Assembly: GCA_963702845.1 (NCBI GenBank) | Contig: OY969763.1 | Location: 5,760,001-5,824,000, forward strand | Reading direction: 5' to 3' | Source: an uncultured Verrucomicrobiae bacterium | GTDB lineage: Bacteria > Verrucomicrobiota > Verrucomicrobiia > Limisphaerales > Palsa-1400 | DNA: 64,000 nt | In this document: positions 50,841-62,379 of the stretch, one piece after another | Layout of the letters: every line of letters begins with the position of its first letter | Numbering within the stretch: the stretch's first letter is position 1 | Translations under genes and position numbers: made by a program | The notes under the pieces: model-generated | The model's database searches: none | Seen by the model: the letters and a program-made list of their open reading frames with translations, nothing else | What the model was told of the DNA's origin: nothing

Positions 50841-52103
50841 GTGACTAATAATCAACTCAACGCAGGTTCTGACGTGCAACGCACGCGTGTATTGGTTGTT
50901 GGCGGCGGAGCCGCAGGTTTTTTCGCGGCCATCACTTGCGCTGAGGCCAATCCCGATTCTCACGTCATTCTCCTCGAGAAAACTGCTCACTTCTTGTCCA
51001 AGGTGCGCATCTCCGGCGGAGGTCGCTGCAACGTGACCAATCGAACCTCCGAGCCGAAAGAACTTAGTCAAAATTATCCACGTGGACGGTCCGCTCTGGT
51101 CGGTCCATTTCACACGTTCACTTCGCAGAACACCACTGAATGGTTCGAGTCACGTGGAGTGAAGCTGAAAGTCGAACCCGATGGCCGTGTCTTCCCGATA
51201 AGCGATTCTTCGCAGACAATCATCGATTGTTTAATGCAAGCGGCCAACCGAGCAGGCGTTGAACTGAAAACGGACCTCGGAGTTCAGTCGGCCAAACGAC
51301 TCGAAGACGGATTTGAACTGTCACTGTCCAACGGCGAAGTCATGTGCTGCGAAAAACTAATGCTCGCCACCGGTGGTTCCCGCACACCAGCCGCCGGGCA
51401 ACTCGCCGTTTCGCTCGGGCACACCTTGGAAACACCGGTGCCGTCCCTGTTCACATTTCATGTCGGCGTGCCGTGGTTGCGCGACCTGGCGGGAATTTCC
51501 GTCCCTCTGGTGCAAGTAACAGTGCCCGCGGTGAAATTAAAAGAGCAAGGTCCAGTGCTGATCACGCACTCCGGATTGAGCGGCCCTGCGATTTTGCGAT
51601 TGTCGGCGTGGGGAGCGCGTGCATTACACGGCCTCGGTTACAAATTCTCGCTGCAAGTGAATTGGTTGCCGCAACTCAACGAGGGTTCATTGACGCAACA
51701 GTTCGAGACCCAAAGAAACAGTTCTCCATCGCGGCTTGTGGTCAACTCACCCATCGCGCCGCTCGCCAGCCGTTTGTGGGAAGCCCTCGTGTTGACGTCG
51801 GAAATTCCGCGCGAGACGCGTTGGGCGGACTTATCGAGCGCGTCGCGCCATCGCCTTATTCAACAACTCACGCGCATGGAGTTACCCGTTACCGGCAAAA
51901 GCTTGAACGCCGATGAATTCGTCACCTGTGGTGGAGTGCGCCTGAGCGAAGTGAATTTCAAAACCATGGAAAGCAAAGTTTGCCCTGGCCTCTATTTCGG
52001 CGGCGAAGTTCTCGACATCGACGGCATCACTGGCGGATTCAATTTCCAATCAGCATGGACCACGGGATGGCTCGCCGGAAAAGCCATGGCCGAAAAAAGT
52101 TGA
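50841..52103 (+). CDS. HI0933/BaiN-family flavoprotein
   Basis: GGGAAG, ISGGGRCNVTN, GRVFP, THSGLSGP, GEVLDIDGITGGFN. Confidence 0.93.
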   Translation: MTNNQLNAGSDVQRTRVLVVGGGAAGFFAAITCAEANPDSHVILLEKTAHFLSKVRISGGGRCNVTNRTSEPKELSQNYPRGRSALVGPFHTFTSQNTTEWFESRGVKLKVEPDGRVFPISDSSQTIIDCLMQAANRAGVELKTDLGVQSAKRLEDGFELSLSNGEVMCCEKLMLATGGSRTPAAGQLAVSLGHTLETPVPSLFTFHVGVPWLRDLAGISVPLVQVTVPAVKLKEQGPVLITHSGLSGPAILRLSAWGARALHGLGYKFSLQVNWLPQLNEGSLTQQFETQRNSSPSRLVVNSPIAPLASRLWEALVLTSEIPRETRWADLSSASRHRLIQQLTRMELPVTGKSLNADEFVTCGGVRLSEVNFKTMESKVCPGLYFGGEVLDIDGITGGFNFQSAWTTGWLAGKAMAEKS

Positions 52104-52138
52104 GGCAGTGGCCGAGATGCCCTTGACTCAACGACGCT

Positions 52139-52829
52139 ATGCCAGAAACGAACGCGAACCTTTCAGCGGTTCCCACCCGGGTTGGTTACGATCGATGGTC
52201 AGAGTTTTACGATGCTGACCAAAATCCTTTGGTGTTGTTGGAGAATCTGCATTTTCCAAAGTTGCTCGGCGAGGTGAATGGACTGGATGTTGCCGATATT
52301 GGCTGTGGCACGGGACGGCATGCGCTGAGGTTGGCGGAGCTGGGGGCGCGCGTGACCGCAATGGATTTTTCCGCAGGAATGCTTCAACACGCAAAAGACA
52401 AGGCCGCGGGCAAGCCCATCCGTTTTGTGGAGCACGATTTGAGCAAGCGGTTGCCTCTGGCCGATGCGTCGTTTGACCGCGTCATCTGTTGTTTGGTGCT
52501 CGATCACATCGGGAACCTCGAAAACTTCTTTTGTGAATTGCGAAGGGATCTGCAAACCTGATGGCTTCATTGCGCTTTCCGGGATGCATCCGGCAATGTC
52601 TTTGCGCGGGGTCCAGGCGCGATTCACCGATCCTGCTTCGGGCAACAAAGTTCTGCTCGCCAGCGAGGAGCATCGGTTTTCGGATTATGTCAACGCGGTG
52701 GTGAACGCGGGATTGCGCATTGATCATATCAGCGAACATTGCGGGGACGCTGCCTTGTCGGCACGTTGCGAGAGAGCGCAAAAGTATGAAGGATGGCCGA
52801 TCTTGATATTGATGAAGTTGGGGCTGTAA
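52139..52829 (+). CDS. Class I SAM-dependent methyltransferase with a +1 indel in the GGG at 52545-52547
   Basis: GYDRW, DIGCGTGRH; removing one G gives ELRRICKPDGFIALSGMHP. Confidence 0.85.
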
Positions 52830-53052
52830 AGGGCTTTTCAAGAGAGCGCACGGGAGCAGTGCGTCTCCTTTCTAATTTCATTTGACAGAACTTGCGTATC
52901 GCTTAGCAATTAACGATTGTAGGAAGAGATGCAAAAGGCGTTCACCCTTTCGCAATTTCGGGGGCAGGTCATTAGATCGGCTGTGCTACGTTGTTTTCAC
53001 CTGATAAGCGTAGCTTACGGTAAAAGGGTGATGTTCTTTTCAGTCTAATGTC

Positions 53053-54564
53053 ATGAGCGCGAAACCTGTTCTCTTTAATAACACTGTGTTGCGGGATGGT
53101 CATCAATCGATGGCTGCTACGCGAATGTCCACTGCGCAGATGCTTCCCGCTGCGCCAATCCTCGACGAAATGGGCTTCCACGGGCTCGAAACCTGGGGCG
53201 GAGCCACCATCGATGCCTGTCTCCGCTATCTCGGCGAAAATCCGTTCGACCGGCTCCGCACGTTAAAACGCGTCGCGCCGAAAACGCCCCAATTGATGTT
53301 GTTGCGCGGACAAAATATCGTGCAGTACGCCAGTTTCTCGGACGACGTGGTCGAGGCGTTCGTTCGTTGCATGTGCAAAAACGGCATGGACATCATCCGT
53401 ATTTTTGACGCGCTGAATGATTTGCGAAATTTGCAAACCGCGATCAAATCGGTGAAGGCTTGCGGCAAACACGCGCGCGGCGAGCTTTGTTACACCATCA
53501 GCCCGGTGCACACGGTTGAGAACTTTGTCGCGATGGGCGTCGAGTTGGAAAAAATGGGGTGCGACTCGATCGGCATCAAAGACATGTCGGGCATTCTTTT
53601 GCCGCAGATTGCGCATCGGCTTGTCAAAGACTTGAAGCGAAAGGTGAAGGTTCCGATCACACTGCACACGCACGACACGGCAGGTGTCGGCGCGGCTTCT
53701 TATTTGGCTGCAATCGATGCCGGTGTGGATTGCGTGGAAGTTTCGATCGTGCCGTTCGCCAATGGGACTTCGCAGCCTGATACCGCGCGCATGTTGTCGC
53801 TATTGGAAGGGCATCCGCGTTGTCCAAAATTTGACATGGCGAAGCTGGCGCAGTTGCGCGCCTACTTCGAAGGCGTTTACAAAGAGCTTTCGCAATTCAC
53901 GAGTCCAGCCAACGAACGGGTCGACAGCGATATTCTGACTTATCAGGTGCCGGGCGGCATGCTCTCAAATTTCCGCAATCAGCTGAAAGAGCAGGGCATG
54001 ACCGACAAATTCGATGCGGTCTTGAAGGAAATTCCCGTGGTGCGCGAGGCGCTTGGTTGGATTCCGCTCGTCACGCCGACGTCCCAGATCGTCGGCACGC
54101 AAGCGATGATGAACGTGAAGTTCGGTCGCTGGAAAATGATTTGTCAACCCGCTCAGGACATTGTTCTCGGCAAATATGGCAAGCCACCCGGACCAATCGC
54201 GCCGGATGTGTTGGCGCAAGTCGAGAAACAATCGGGCAAGAAGCCGATGAAAGAACGTCCCGCGGATATACTCGAACCCGGCATGCCGAAATACCGCAAG
54301 CAATGCGCCGACAAAGGGCTGCCGACGGATGATGAAACTGTCGTGCTGTTCGCGATGTTCCCGCAGCAGGTCGAGGAGTTAGTTAAAGGCAAACCGGCCG
54401 GCGTGGCGAAACCCGTTGCTCCCGCTGCCGCCAAACCGGCAGCAAAACCAGTAGCGGCTGCGGCCGCTCCTGCATCGACCGCGACCACTAGTTCCAGCGT
54501 TGCGCGGCATATCTACGTCACGGTCGAAGGGACGCGCCACGACGTGACCGTCGAACAACTTTAA
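53053..54564 (+). CDS. Pyruvate/oxaloacetate carboxyltransferase (transcarboxylase 5S-like) without a biotinyl domain
   Basis: RDGHQS, WGGAT, MLLRGQN, IKDM, HTH, QVPGGM, LVTPTSQIVG; no AMKM motif. Confidence 0.88.
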   Translation: MSAKPVLFNNTVLRDGHQSMAATRMSTAQMLPAAPILDEMGFHGLETWGGATIDACLRYLGENPFDRLRTLKRVAPKTPQLMLLRGQNIVQYASFSDDVVEAFVRCMCKNGMDIIRIFDALNDLRNLQTAIKSVKACGKHARGELCYTISPVHTVENFVAMGVELEKMGCDSIGIKDMSGILLPQIAHRLVKDLKRKVKVPITLHTHDTAGVGAASYLAAIDAGVDCVEVSIVPFANGTSQPDTARMLSLLEGHPRCPKFDMAKLAQLRAYFEGVYKELSQFTSPANERVDSDILTYQVPGGMLSNFRNQLKEQGMTDKFDAVLKEIPVVREALGWIPLVTPTSQIVGTQAMMNVKFGRWKMICQPAQDIVLGKYGKPPGPIAPDVLAQVEKQSGKKPMKERPADILEPGMPKYRKQCADKGLPTDDETVVLFAMFPQQVEELVKGKPAGVAKPVAPAAAKPAAKPVAAAAAPASTATTSSSVARHIYVTVEGTRHDVTVEQL

Positions 54565-54577
54565 AAAAACGCTTTGT

Positions 54578-56725
54578 ATGAGTAATACAGCAACTAACGG
54601 ATTACTGTCGGAATTTCCGGCCGTGTCATATGAGGACTGGCGCAAGCTGGTTGAAGCTGAACTCAAAGGCGCGCCGTTCCTCAAGAAGATGTTCACCTCT
54701 ACGCCGGAAGGCATCACGCTCCGGCCGATCTATCGCCGCGATGACATCGCCGAAATGCCCCATGTCTATTCGATGCCCGGCTTCGCGCCTTTTGTGCGCG
54801 GCTCAAATGCGAGCGGGATGGTCGGGCGCCCGTGGAAAGTTTCGCAGGAACTGACCTTTTCAAGCCCAACCGAATTCAACCACGCCGCACGCAATTCAAT
54901 CAGCCGCGGCCTAAACGCCCTCAACATCGTGCTCGATAAAGCGACGCGCGATGGTAACGACCCGGATTGGGCGAAACCCGAAGACGTTGGTTTTGGCGGC
55001 CTGTCGATTGCGACGGTCAACGACCTCGATCGCGCTCTCGATGGAATTGATCTCGAGAAAACGTCTCTGCTGATTCGCTCCGGTGCGTCGGCCATGCCGA
55101 TCGCTGCGTTATTGGTCGCTCTCACCCGCAAACGAAAGAAAACGCTTACCGCACTACGCGGCTGTATTGAGATGGACCCGCTCGGCGTGTTATCGCACGA
55201 AGGCAAACTGCCGCAATCCATGCAAGGCGCTTACGATGAAATGGCGGCGTTGACGCAATGGTCCGCCGAACGCGCGCCACATTTGCAGACAATGTGCGTG
55301 CATGGCCGTGCCTGGCATGAGTCGGGCGCGAGCGCGGTGCAGGAGTTGGCGTTCGTTCTTGCGATGGGCGTTGAATACTTGCGCGAGATGAACAATCGCG
55401 GCCTCGACGTGAACGTCGTTGCCCCGCGAACGCGCTTCGCCATCACCGTTGGCGAGAACTTCTTCATGGAAATTGCCAAGCTGCGCGCCTTGCGAATGTT
55501 GTGGTCGCGCGCAGTGCAAACGCTTGGTGGCAGTCCCGAATCGCAACGGCTCAGCTTGCACGTGCGCACCTCCCTTTGGAACAAAACGACTCACGATCCC
55601 TACAACAATTTGCTGCGAACAACAGTCGAGGCGTTAGCTGGCGTGCTCGGCGGGTGCGACTCCATGCAGGTCGGCGCGTTCGACGAAGTCGTGCGACAAC
55701 CGGACGATTTCAGCCGCCGCATCGCACGTAACACTCAGCTTGTGTTGCAGCAGGAATGTCATCTTGAACACGTCATCGATCCGATTGGCGGCTCATGGTT
55801 CGTCGAGAATTTAACCGCCGAACTCGGCAAACTCGCCTGGGCGCTATTTCAGGAAGTCTGGAAAATGGGCGGCATGGAAGTGGCCTTGCGCGCCGGTTAT
55901 CCGCAAAAGGAAAGTCGCGAAAGTCGCGGCGGATAAGTTGAAAGCAGTCGACCAGTCGCAAGGCTTCGATCGTTGGCGTCAATCAATACGCCAATCCAAA
56001 AGAAAAACCGCTCGATCGGCCTCCACTTGGATCCGAACGTTTTCTACAAACGCCGCGTCAATCAAGTGATCGCCCATCGCACTTCGATGGAAACAGATTC
56101 CAGCGAAGTCGTGCTGGAGAAATTGACTGCCGTGGTGGAGAAGCGTGGAGCGCTGCGATTCGAGGCCTGCCTCGAAGCTGTCATTGCAGGTGCGACCATC
56201 GGTGAAATCACACGCGCTTTGCGGATTCACGAAAGCCCGTGCCAACCGATTACCCCCGTTTGCATTACGCGCGCAGCGGCCTCTTACGAAAAGCTACGAG
56301 AGGAGATGGATGCCTATACCGCTCGCGCAGGTTGCCCGGCGCAGGTCTTCCTCTGCAACATGGGCTCGCTCAAAGAGCACAAGGCGCGTGCCGATTTTTC
56401 GCGCGGGTTCTTTTCTGCCGGCGGATACGACGTGGTTTCGCCTAATGGGTTTTCCAACGCGACCGATGCCGCCAACGCATTTGCAGAAACAGCGGCACGC
56501 ATCGCGGTGATTTGTTCAACCGACGACAAATATCCAGCGCTTGTTCCCGACATTGTTAAAGCGCTACGCGCAAAGCGGCCCGATGTTTTTGTCGTGCTTG
56601 CTGGTTATCCGCAAGACCAGGTCGCAGCGCACAAGGCCGCTGACGTGAACGAATTTATTCACCTTCGCTGCGACGCCGTCGCAGTGCTCAAAAAGTGTCA
56701 TAAAGAAGCAGGAGTTGAGCGATGA
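54578..56725 (+). CDS. mutA: Methylmalonyl-CoA mutase small (non-catalytic) subunit with three +1 indels at about 55912, 55950 and 56029
   Basis: [40 protein letters not shown]; the corrected linker reads IVGVNQYAN; the C-terminal domain has ICSTD but no DxHxxG. Confidence 0.88.
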
Positions 56726-58899
56726 AACCGTTTCCAAATTTTGCTGAAATAGCGTTTGAAGTGCCGCCAGTCCACGCCTCGTGGGGCGATTGGCAGGTGA
56801 AGTTTGAAGAAGAGACCGGCAAATCGCTTGATCAATGGGTGTTCAAAACCCTCGAGCAACTCGATTTAAAAGCCCTCTACACCGCCGACGATTATCGCGG
56901 CTGCGAGCACTTGGACAGCATGCCCGGCATCGCGCCCTATGTGCGCGGCCCGTATGGCTCGATGTATCGCTCACGGCCATGGACCGTCCGGCAATACGCC
57001 GGGTTCTCCACCGCGGAAGAAAGCAACGCATTTTACCGGCGCAACATCGCCGCCGGTCAACAGGGCTTGTCCGTCGCGTTCGATTTGCCCACCCATCGCG
57101 GCTATGACTCCGATCATCCGCGCGCGTTTGCCGATGTTGGCAAAGCCGGTGTCGCAGTCGATTCAATCGCGGATATGAAACTCCTCTTCGACAGCATTCC
57201 GCTCGATCGCATTTCCGTTTCCATGACGATGAACGGCGCAGTCCTGCCGATCATGGCGTTTTATATCGTCGCGGCAGAAGAGCAGGGTGTGAAACCGGAA
57301 TTGCTCTCCGGCACGATCCAAAACGACATCCTCAAAGAATATATGGTGCGCAACACCTATATATATCCACCGTTGCCGTCGATGCGGATTGTCGCTGACA
57401 TCTTCAAATTCACTTCGCAGCACATGCCGAAGTTCAATTCGATTTCCATTTCTGGTTATCACATGCAGGAAGCCGGTGCACCGGCCGATTTGGAAATGGC
57501 TTACACGCTCGCCGACGGCTTGGAATATGTGCGCACCGGTATCAAAGCCGGCATCGACATCGACGCCTTTGCGCCGCGACTTTCATTCTTTTGGGCCCAA
57601 GGCAAAAACTTCTTCATGGAAGTCGCGAAAATGCGCGCCGCCCGAGCGCTGTGGGCGAAGTTGATCAAACAATTCAATCCGAAGAATCCAAAATCGATGG
57701 CGTTGCGCACGCACTCGCAAACGTCCGGTTGGACCCTCACCGAACAAGACCCGTTCAACAATGTCACGCGCACCTGCATCGAAGCCATGGCTGCGGCCCT
57801 GGGTCACACGCAATCCTTGCACACCAACTCGCTCGACGAAGCCATCGCGTTGCCGACCGATTTCTCCGCGCGCATCGCCCGCAACACGCAGTTGTTGCTC
57901 CAGGAAGAAACCGACATCTGTCACGTCATCGATCCGCTCGCCGGCTCGTTCTTTCTCGAAGCCTTGACCGACGCTTTGATGCGTCGTGCGTGGGCGCACA
58001 TTCAGGAAGTCGAAACGCTCGGGGGCATGGCTAAGGCCATCGAAACCGGCCTGCCCAAACTGCGCATCGAAGAAGCCGCGGCCCGTCGCCAGGCCTGGAT
58101 CGATTCCGGCAAAGAAACAATCATCGGCGTCAACAAGTTGCGCCTCGACAAGATGGAGCACTTGGATGTTCGCGAAGTCGATAACACGACCGTGCGCCAA
58201 TCGCAAATCGCGCGCTTGCAGCAGATCAAAAAAGATCGCGATAACGTGAAGGTGCACGGCGCGCTGGAAGCGATCACGCGTGCTGCCGAAAATGGCACTG
58301 GCAATCTGCTCGCGCTCGCTATCGAAGCGGCGCGGGCACGCGCAACCCTCGGTGAAATATCCTTTGCTATGGAAAAAGTTTTTTCACGGCACAAAGCCAC
58401 CATTCGTTCGGTGTCCGGCGTCTATGGCGCCGAATACGGCTCCAATCAACAAATCGAGCAGGTGCGTCAATTGGCCGACCAATTCGCCAAGCGCTACGGT
58501 CGCCGCCCGCGCATGCTCATCGCCAAGATGGGCCAGGACGGCCACGATCGCGGCGCTAAAGTCGTCGCGACCGCCTATGCCGATCTCGGCTTCGACGTCG
58601 ACATTGGCCCGTTATTCCAACAGCCGGATGAAGTCGCGCAAATGGCGGCAGAAAACGACGTCCACATTGTAGGCATCAGCTCGCTCGCAGGCGGTCACAA
58701 GACATTGCTCGTTCAGTTGGAGACGGAACTGAAGCGCATCGGCCGCGATGACATTCTCGTTGTCGTCGGTGGCGTCATTCCGCCGCAGGATTACGATTTC
58801 CTGAAACAGAACGGCGCCGTCGCCGTTTTCGGTCCCGGCACATTTATTCCCGATGCAGCGAAGCAGTTATTGACTGAACTGAACCAGCGTATCGGCTGA
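56722..58899 (+). CDS. scpA: Methylmalonyl-CoA mutase large subunit (B12-dependent)
   Basis: [31 protein letters not shown]12-binding GQDGHDRG. Confidence 0.96.
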   Translation: MKPFPNFAEIAFEVPPVHASWGDWQVKFEEETGKSLDQWVFKTLEQLDLKALYTADDYRGCEHLDSMPGIAPYVRGPYGSMYRSRPWTVRQYAGFSTAEESNAFYRRNIAAGQQGLSVAFDLPTHRGYDSDHPRAFADVGKAGVAVDSIADMKLLFDSIPLDRISVSMTMNGAVLPIMAFYIVAAEEQGVKPELLSGTIQNDILKEYMVRNTYIYPPLPSMRIVADIFKFTSQHMPKFNSISISGYHMQEAGAPADLEMAYTLADGLEYVRTGIKAGIDIDAFAPRLSFFWAQGKNFFMEVAKMRAARALWAKLIKQFNPKNPKSMALRTHSQTSGWTLTEQDPFNNVTRTCIEAMAAALGHTQSLHTNSLDEAIALPTDFSARIARNTQLLLQEETDICHVIDPLAGSFFLEALTDALMRRAWAHIQEVETLGGMAKAIETGLPKLRIEEAAARRQAWIDSGKETIIGVNKLRLDKMEHLDVREVDNTTVRQSQIARLQQIKKDRDNVKVHGALEAITRAAENGTGNLLALAIEAARARATLGEISFAMEKVFSRHKATIRSVSGVYGAEYGSNQQIEQVRQLADQFAKRYGRRPRMLIAKMGQDGHDRGAKVVATAYADLGFDVDIGPLFQQPDEVAQMAAENDVHIVGISSLAGGHKTLLVQLETELKRIGRDDILVVVGGVIPPQDYDFLKQNGAVAVFGPGTFIPDAAKQLLTELNQRIG

Positions 58900-58930
58900 A
58901 GTTCTCGGTTCCTGTTTTTGAGAGGGCCCA

Positions 58931-59971
58931 TTGAATACGTTGAGCAGTGAAACCAGACCAACGCCGGGCAACAACCCGGCGCCTCGCACTGCTTTGACTG
59001 TCGACGATTACGTGAAGGGCGTGCTCGCCGGAAACCGCACCATTCTTGCCCGCGCGATCACCTTGCTCGAAAGCAGTTCCACACTGCACGAACCATTGGC
59101 GCAGGATATGTTGCGTCGCGTCCTCCCGGAATCGGGAAAAGCAAAGCGAATCGGCATCACCGGCGTCCCCGGAGTTGGTAAGAGCACCTTCATCGAATCG
59201 TTTGGTTCCATGCTCGCAGGCAAGGGACACAAGCTCGCGGTCCTTACGATTGATCCCAGCAGCAGTCGTTCCGGCGGCAGCATCCTAGGCGACAAAACGC
59301 GCATGCAGAAACTCAGTCGCGAACCAAACGCCTTCATTCGTCCATCGCCCGCCGGCCACAACCTCGGTGGCGTCGCCCGCCGCACGCGCGAAGCGATGCT
59401 GCTGTGCGAAGCTGCGGGATTCGACATTGTCTTGGTTGAAACCGTCGGCGTAGGCCAAGGCGAAACGGCGCTCCGCTCCATGGTCGACTTTTTCCTTTTG
59501 CTCCAACTCCCCGGCGCCGGCGACGAACTCCAGGCGATGAAAAAAGGCATCATCGAAATGGCCGACCTGATTCTCGTCAACAAAGCTGATGGCGACAATC
59601 GCTCGCGCGCGGAGCTGGCCCGTGCCGAACAGGAGATAATGGCTCACTACCTTGAATCCGCCACGCCCGAGTGGAAAACCCAGATTGCCTTGAGCTCCAG
59701 CCTGACCGGCGACGGTATTCCGCAGGCCTGGGAAACCATCGAAAAATTTTACCGGGAGCTCGAGCCTAAAGGCGTCATCGCCCGCCGTCGCCAACAACAG
59801 TCGATTGACTGGTTGGCAGACTTGATTACCGATGAATTGCATAGGAGGTTCTATCAGCATCCGGCGGTTGCCGAGCAACTCGCCACCGTAAAAGGCGAAC
59901 TGTTGCGCGGCGAATTGACCGCGATGCAAGGCGCAAAAAAACTATTGTCCGCGTTTAGCGGAGAAAAATAA
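58931..59971 (+). CDS. meaB: Mutase-associated GTPase chaperone
   Basis: GVPGVGKST, DPSS..GGSILGDKTRM, ETVGVGQ, NKAD. Confidence 0.95.
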   Translation: MNTLSSETRPTPGNNPAPRTALTVDDYVKGVLAGNRTILARAITLLESSSTLHEPLAQDMLRRVLPESGKAKRIGITGVPGVGKSTFIESFGSMLAGKGHKLAVLTIDPSSSRSGGSILGDKTRMQKLSREPNAFIRPSPAGHNLGGVARRTREAMLLCEAAGFDIVLVETVGVGQGETALRSMVDFFLLLQLPGAGDELQAMKKGIIEMADLILVNKADGDNRSRAELARAEQEIMAHYLESATPEWKTQIALSSSLTGDGIPQAWETIEKFYRELEPKGVIARRRQQQSIDWLADLITDELHRRFYQHPAVAEQLATVKGELLRGELTAMQGAKKLLSAFSGEK

Positions 59972-59975
59972 TTTT

Positions 59976-60392
59976 ATGCTCAAGAAAATCGATCATCTCG
60001 GCATTGCTGTTAAATCCTTGGACGAATCGATCCCGTACTATGAAAAGGCGCTGGGATTGAAATGCGAACATCGCGAAGAAGTGTCGTCCCAAAAAGTGCG
60101 CACCGCTTTTTTCCAATGTGGTGAAGTGCATCTCGAATTGCTCGAGCCGACTTCGCCGGAAAGCCCGATCGCGAAATTCCTGGAAAAAAATCCCAGCGGT
60201 GGCATTCATCACATTGCCTTCGCCACTGACGATATCAACGGCCAACTCAAGCAGGCCTCCGGTGCGGGAGTAAAACTAATCCACGAACAACCCTTCGAAG
60301 GCGCAGCCGACAAGCTCGTTGCGTTTCTTCACCCCAAATCGACCTTCGGTGTCTTGACCGAATTTTGTGCGCCCAAGTCCAACAACCACTAG
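59976..60392 (+). CDS. mce: Methylmalonyl-CoA epimerase
   Basis: IDHLGIAV, ELLEP, GIHHIAF, FLHPKS..GVLTE. Confidence 0.95.
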   Translation: MLKKIDHLGIAVKSLDESIPYYEKALGLKCEHREEVSSQKVRTAFFQCGEVHLELLEPTSPESPIAKFLEKNPSGGIHHIAFATDDINGQLKQASGAGVKLIHEQPFEGAADKLVAFLHPKSTFGVLTEFCAPKSNNH

Positions 60393-60402
60393 GGACACGA
60401 TT

Positions 60403-61956
60403 ATGGCCATACCCAAAGCAGCATTGGATGATTTACAAAAGCGCCGCGAGTCCGCACGGGCGGGCGGTGGTGAAGACAAATTGCAGGCCCGCCGCGCCAA
60501 AGGCGTGATGACCGCTCGCGATCGTCTGGAGAAGCTTTTCCAATCCGGCACGTTCCAGGAATGGGGCCTCCATGCCAACCATGATTGTCATAACTTCGGC
60601 ATGGAAACCAAGAGCTTGCCCGGCGACGGCGTCGTGACCGGAACCGGCATGATCGATGGACGTTTGGTGGCCGCCTTCAGCCAGGATTTTACCGTCAGCG
60701 GTGGATCGCTCGGCCGCATTCACGCGAAAAAAATCTGCGACCTGATGGATTATGCTTTGAAGGTCGGTTGCCCCGTGCTCGGTTTCAACGACTCCGGTGG
60801 CGCGCGCATTCAGGAAGGCGACAACTCCCTTTCCGGTTACGGACAGGTCTTCTTCCGAAACGTTCTCGTTTCCGGTGTGGTGCCCCAGATTGCCGTCGTG
60901 GCCGGCCCATGCGCCGGCGGCGCAGCCTATTCACCAGCCCTGATGGACTTCATCATCATGGTCAAAGGTTCGTCGAACATGTTCATTTGCGGCCCCGACG
61001 TCATTCAAGCCGTCACCGGTCAAAAATGTACCATGGATGAAATCGGCAGTCCGCTCACCAACGCTTCCGTGAGCGGCAACGTCCAATTCGTCGCCGAGAA
61101 CGATCAGCACGCCATCGACATCGCGCGCAAACTCTTGTCCTTTATTCCTGCGAACAACCTGCTCGATCCACCGCATCGGCCGGTTCAACAACTCGATTTG
61201 TCCCACGATCCGGAATTGGGCAACTTGATTCCGGAATCCGCTAAAGACCCGCTCGACGTGAAAAAAATCATCGCGCGGTTAGTCGACAACGCCGACTTCC
61301 TCGAAGTCTACGAAATGTGGGCGCAGAACCTCGTCACTGGTTTCGCGCGCATTCAAGGCATCGTGGTCGGCATCATCGCGAACAATCCGTCGGTTAAAGC
61401 GGGCACGCTCGATATCGATTCGTCCGACAAAGGCGCGCGTTTCATTCGTTTTTGTAACGTGTTTAACATCCCGCTGCTCACCCTCGTCGACGTCCCCGGC
61501 TTCATGCCGGGCGTGCAACAGGAACGCGGCGGCATCATCCGTCACGGCGCAAAAATGCTCTTCGCCTACGCATCTGCCACGGTTCCGAAGCTGACGTTGA
61601 TAATGCGCAAAGCCTACGGCGGCGCGTATCTGGCCATGTGCAGCCCCGACATGGGCGCGGACTTCGTCTTCGCCTGGCCCACCGCTGAAATCGCAGTCAT
61701 GGGAGCCGAGGGCGCGGTCAAAATTTTGTTCAAACGCGAAATCGCTGCGGCGTCCGATCCCAAAGCCAAAGAAAAAGAACTCGTCGCCGACTATCGCGAA
61801 AAATTCTGTTCACCCTACGAAGCCGCCAAAAGCGCGATGATTACCGACGTGATCAGTCCCGCCGAGACGCGCGCCGCGTTGTCATTGGCGCTGCGCAATT
61901 CGCTGACCAAACGCGAAACGCGCCCGCCGAAGAAACACGGCACCATCCCTCTCTAA
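60403..61956 (+). CDS. Acyl-CoA carboxyltransferase (transcarboxylase 12S / PccB / MmdA family)
   Basis: QDFTVSGGS, DSGGARIQEG, GPCAGGA, VDVPGF, RKAYGGA, KKHGTIPL. Confidence 0.93.
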   Translation: MAIPKAALDDLQKRRESARAGGGEDKLQARRAKGVMTARDRLEKLFQSGTFQEWGLHANHDCHNFGMETKSLPGDGVVTGTGMIDGRLVAAFSQDFTVSGGSLGRIHAKKICDLMDYALKVGCPVLGFNDSGGARIQEGDNSLSGYGQVFFRNVLVSGVVPQIAVVAGPCAGGAAYSPALMDFIIMVKGSSNMFICGPDVIQAVTGQKCTMDEIGSPLTNASVSGNVQFVAENDQHAIDIARKLLSFIPANNLLDPPHRPVQQLDLSHDPELGNLIPESAKDPLDVKKIIARLVDNADFLEVYEMWAQNLVTGFARIQGIVVGIIANNPSVKAGTLDIDSSDKGARFIRFCNVFNIPLLTLVDVPGFMPGVQQERGGIIRHGAKMLFAYASATVPKLTLIMRKAYGGAYLAMCSPDMGADFVFAWPTAEIAVMGAEGAVKILFKREIAAASDPKAKEKELVADYREKFCSPYEAAKSAMITDVISPAETRAALSLALRNSLTKRETRPPKKHGTIPL

Positions 61957-61959
61957 CCT

Positions 61960-62358
61960 ATGGCCACCGACCAAACACCAAACGCCAACGCGCCCGAGTT
62001 CGGAGCCGTCGAGACGAACCTCGGCCAGGCTCTCGTTCTGTTGCAACGCGTCTTGCCGCGACTCGACGATCCGAGGCGTGCAACCGATGTGCAGAATGCG
62101 TTGAAACGCGCTGCCGCGTGCGTCGAAACTGCGCGGGACGCGCACAGGAAATTCTTCGAAACCCAGCTCGGTGTTGGCGTTGGTGCAGGCGTTCCGCCGG
62201 AAATCGTCGCCGTCATAGCCGCCGCGATTGCAGTCACATTAGGTGGCCGCGCCCATCGCGTTATGTCAGTTCAACCGGTTCAACCTTCCAGCCCATACAT
62301 GAACATTTGGGCAGTGGAAGGGCGCACCGAAATTTTCCATTCCCACAGACTTCGCTAA
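61960..62358 (+). CDS. Small accessory subunit with an OadG/MmdD/PccE-like C-terminal motif
   Basis: PEIVAVIAAAIA...WAVEGR; lies between the carboxyltransferase and the biotin carrier; no N-terminal transmembrane helix. Confidence 0.7.
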   Translation: MATDQTPNANAPEFGAVETNLGQALVLLQRVLPRLDDPRRATDVQNALKRAAACVETARDAHRKFFETQLGVGVGAGVPPEIVAVIAAAIAVTLGGRAHRVMSVQPVQPSSPYMNIWAVEGRTEIFHSHRLR

Positions 62359-62379
62359 CCACCTTGATACGAAAAAACC

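Noticed and set aside
52830..53052. Cobalamin riboswitch upstream of the mutase operon
   Set aside because: I found no B12-box or conserved core motifs by eye, only a possible TTGACA at 52882. An Rfam scan would settle it.
54578..56725. Two separate mutase genes, or an isobutyryl-CoA mutase
   Set aside because: Three +1 indels rejoin the pieces into one small subunit, and the large subunit has the Tyr in RQYAGF typical of methylmalonyl-CoA specificity.
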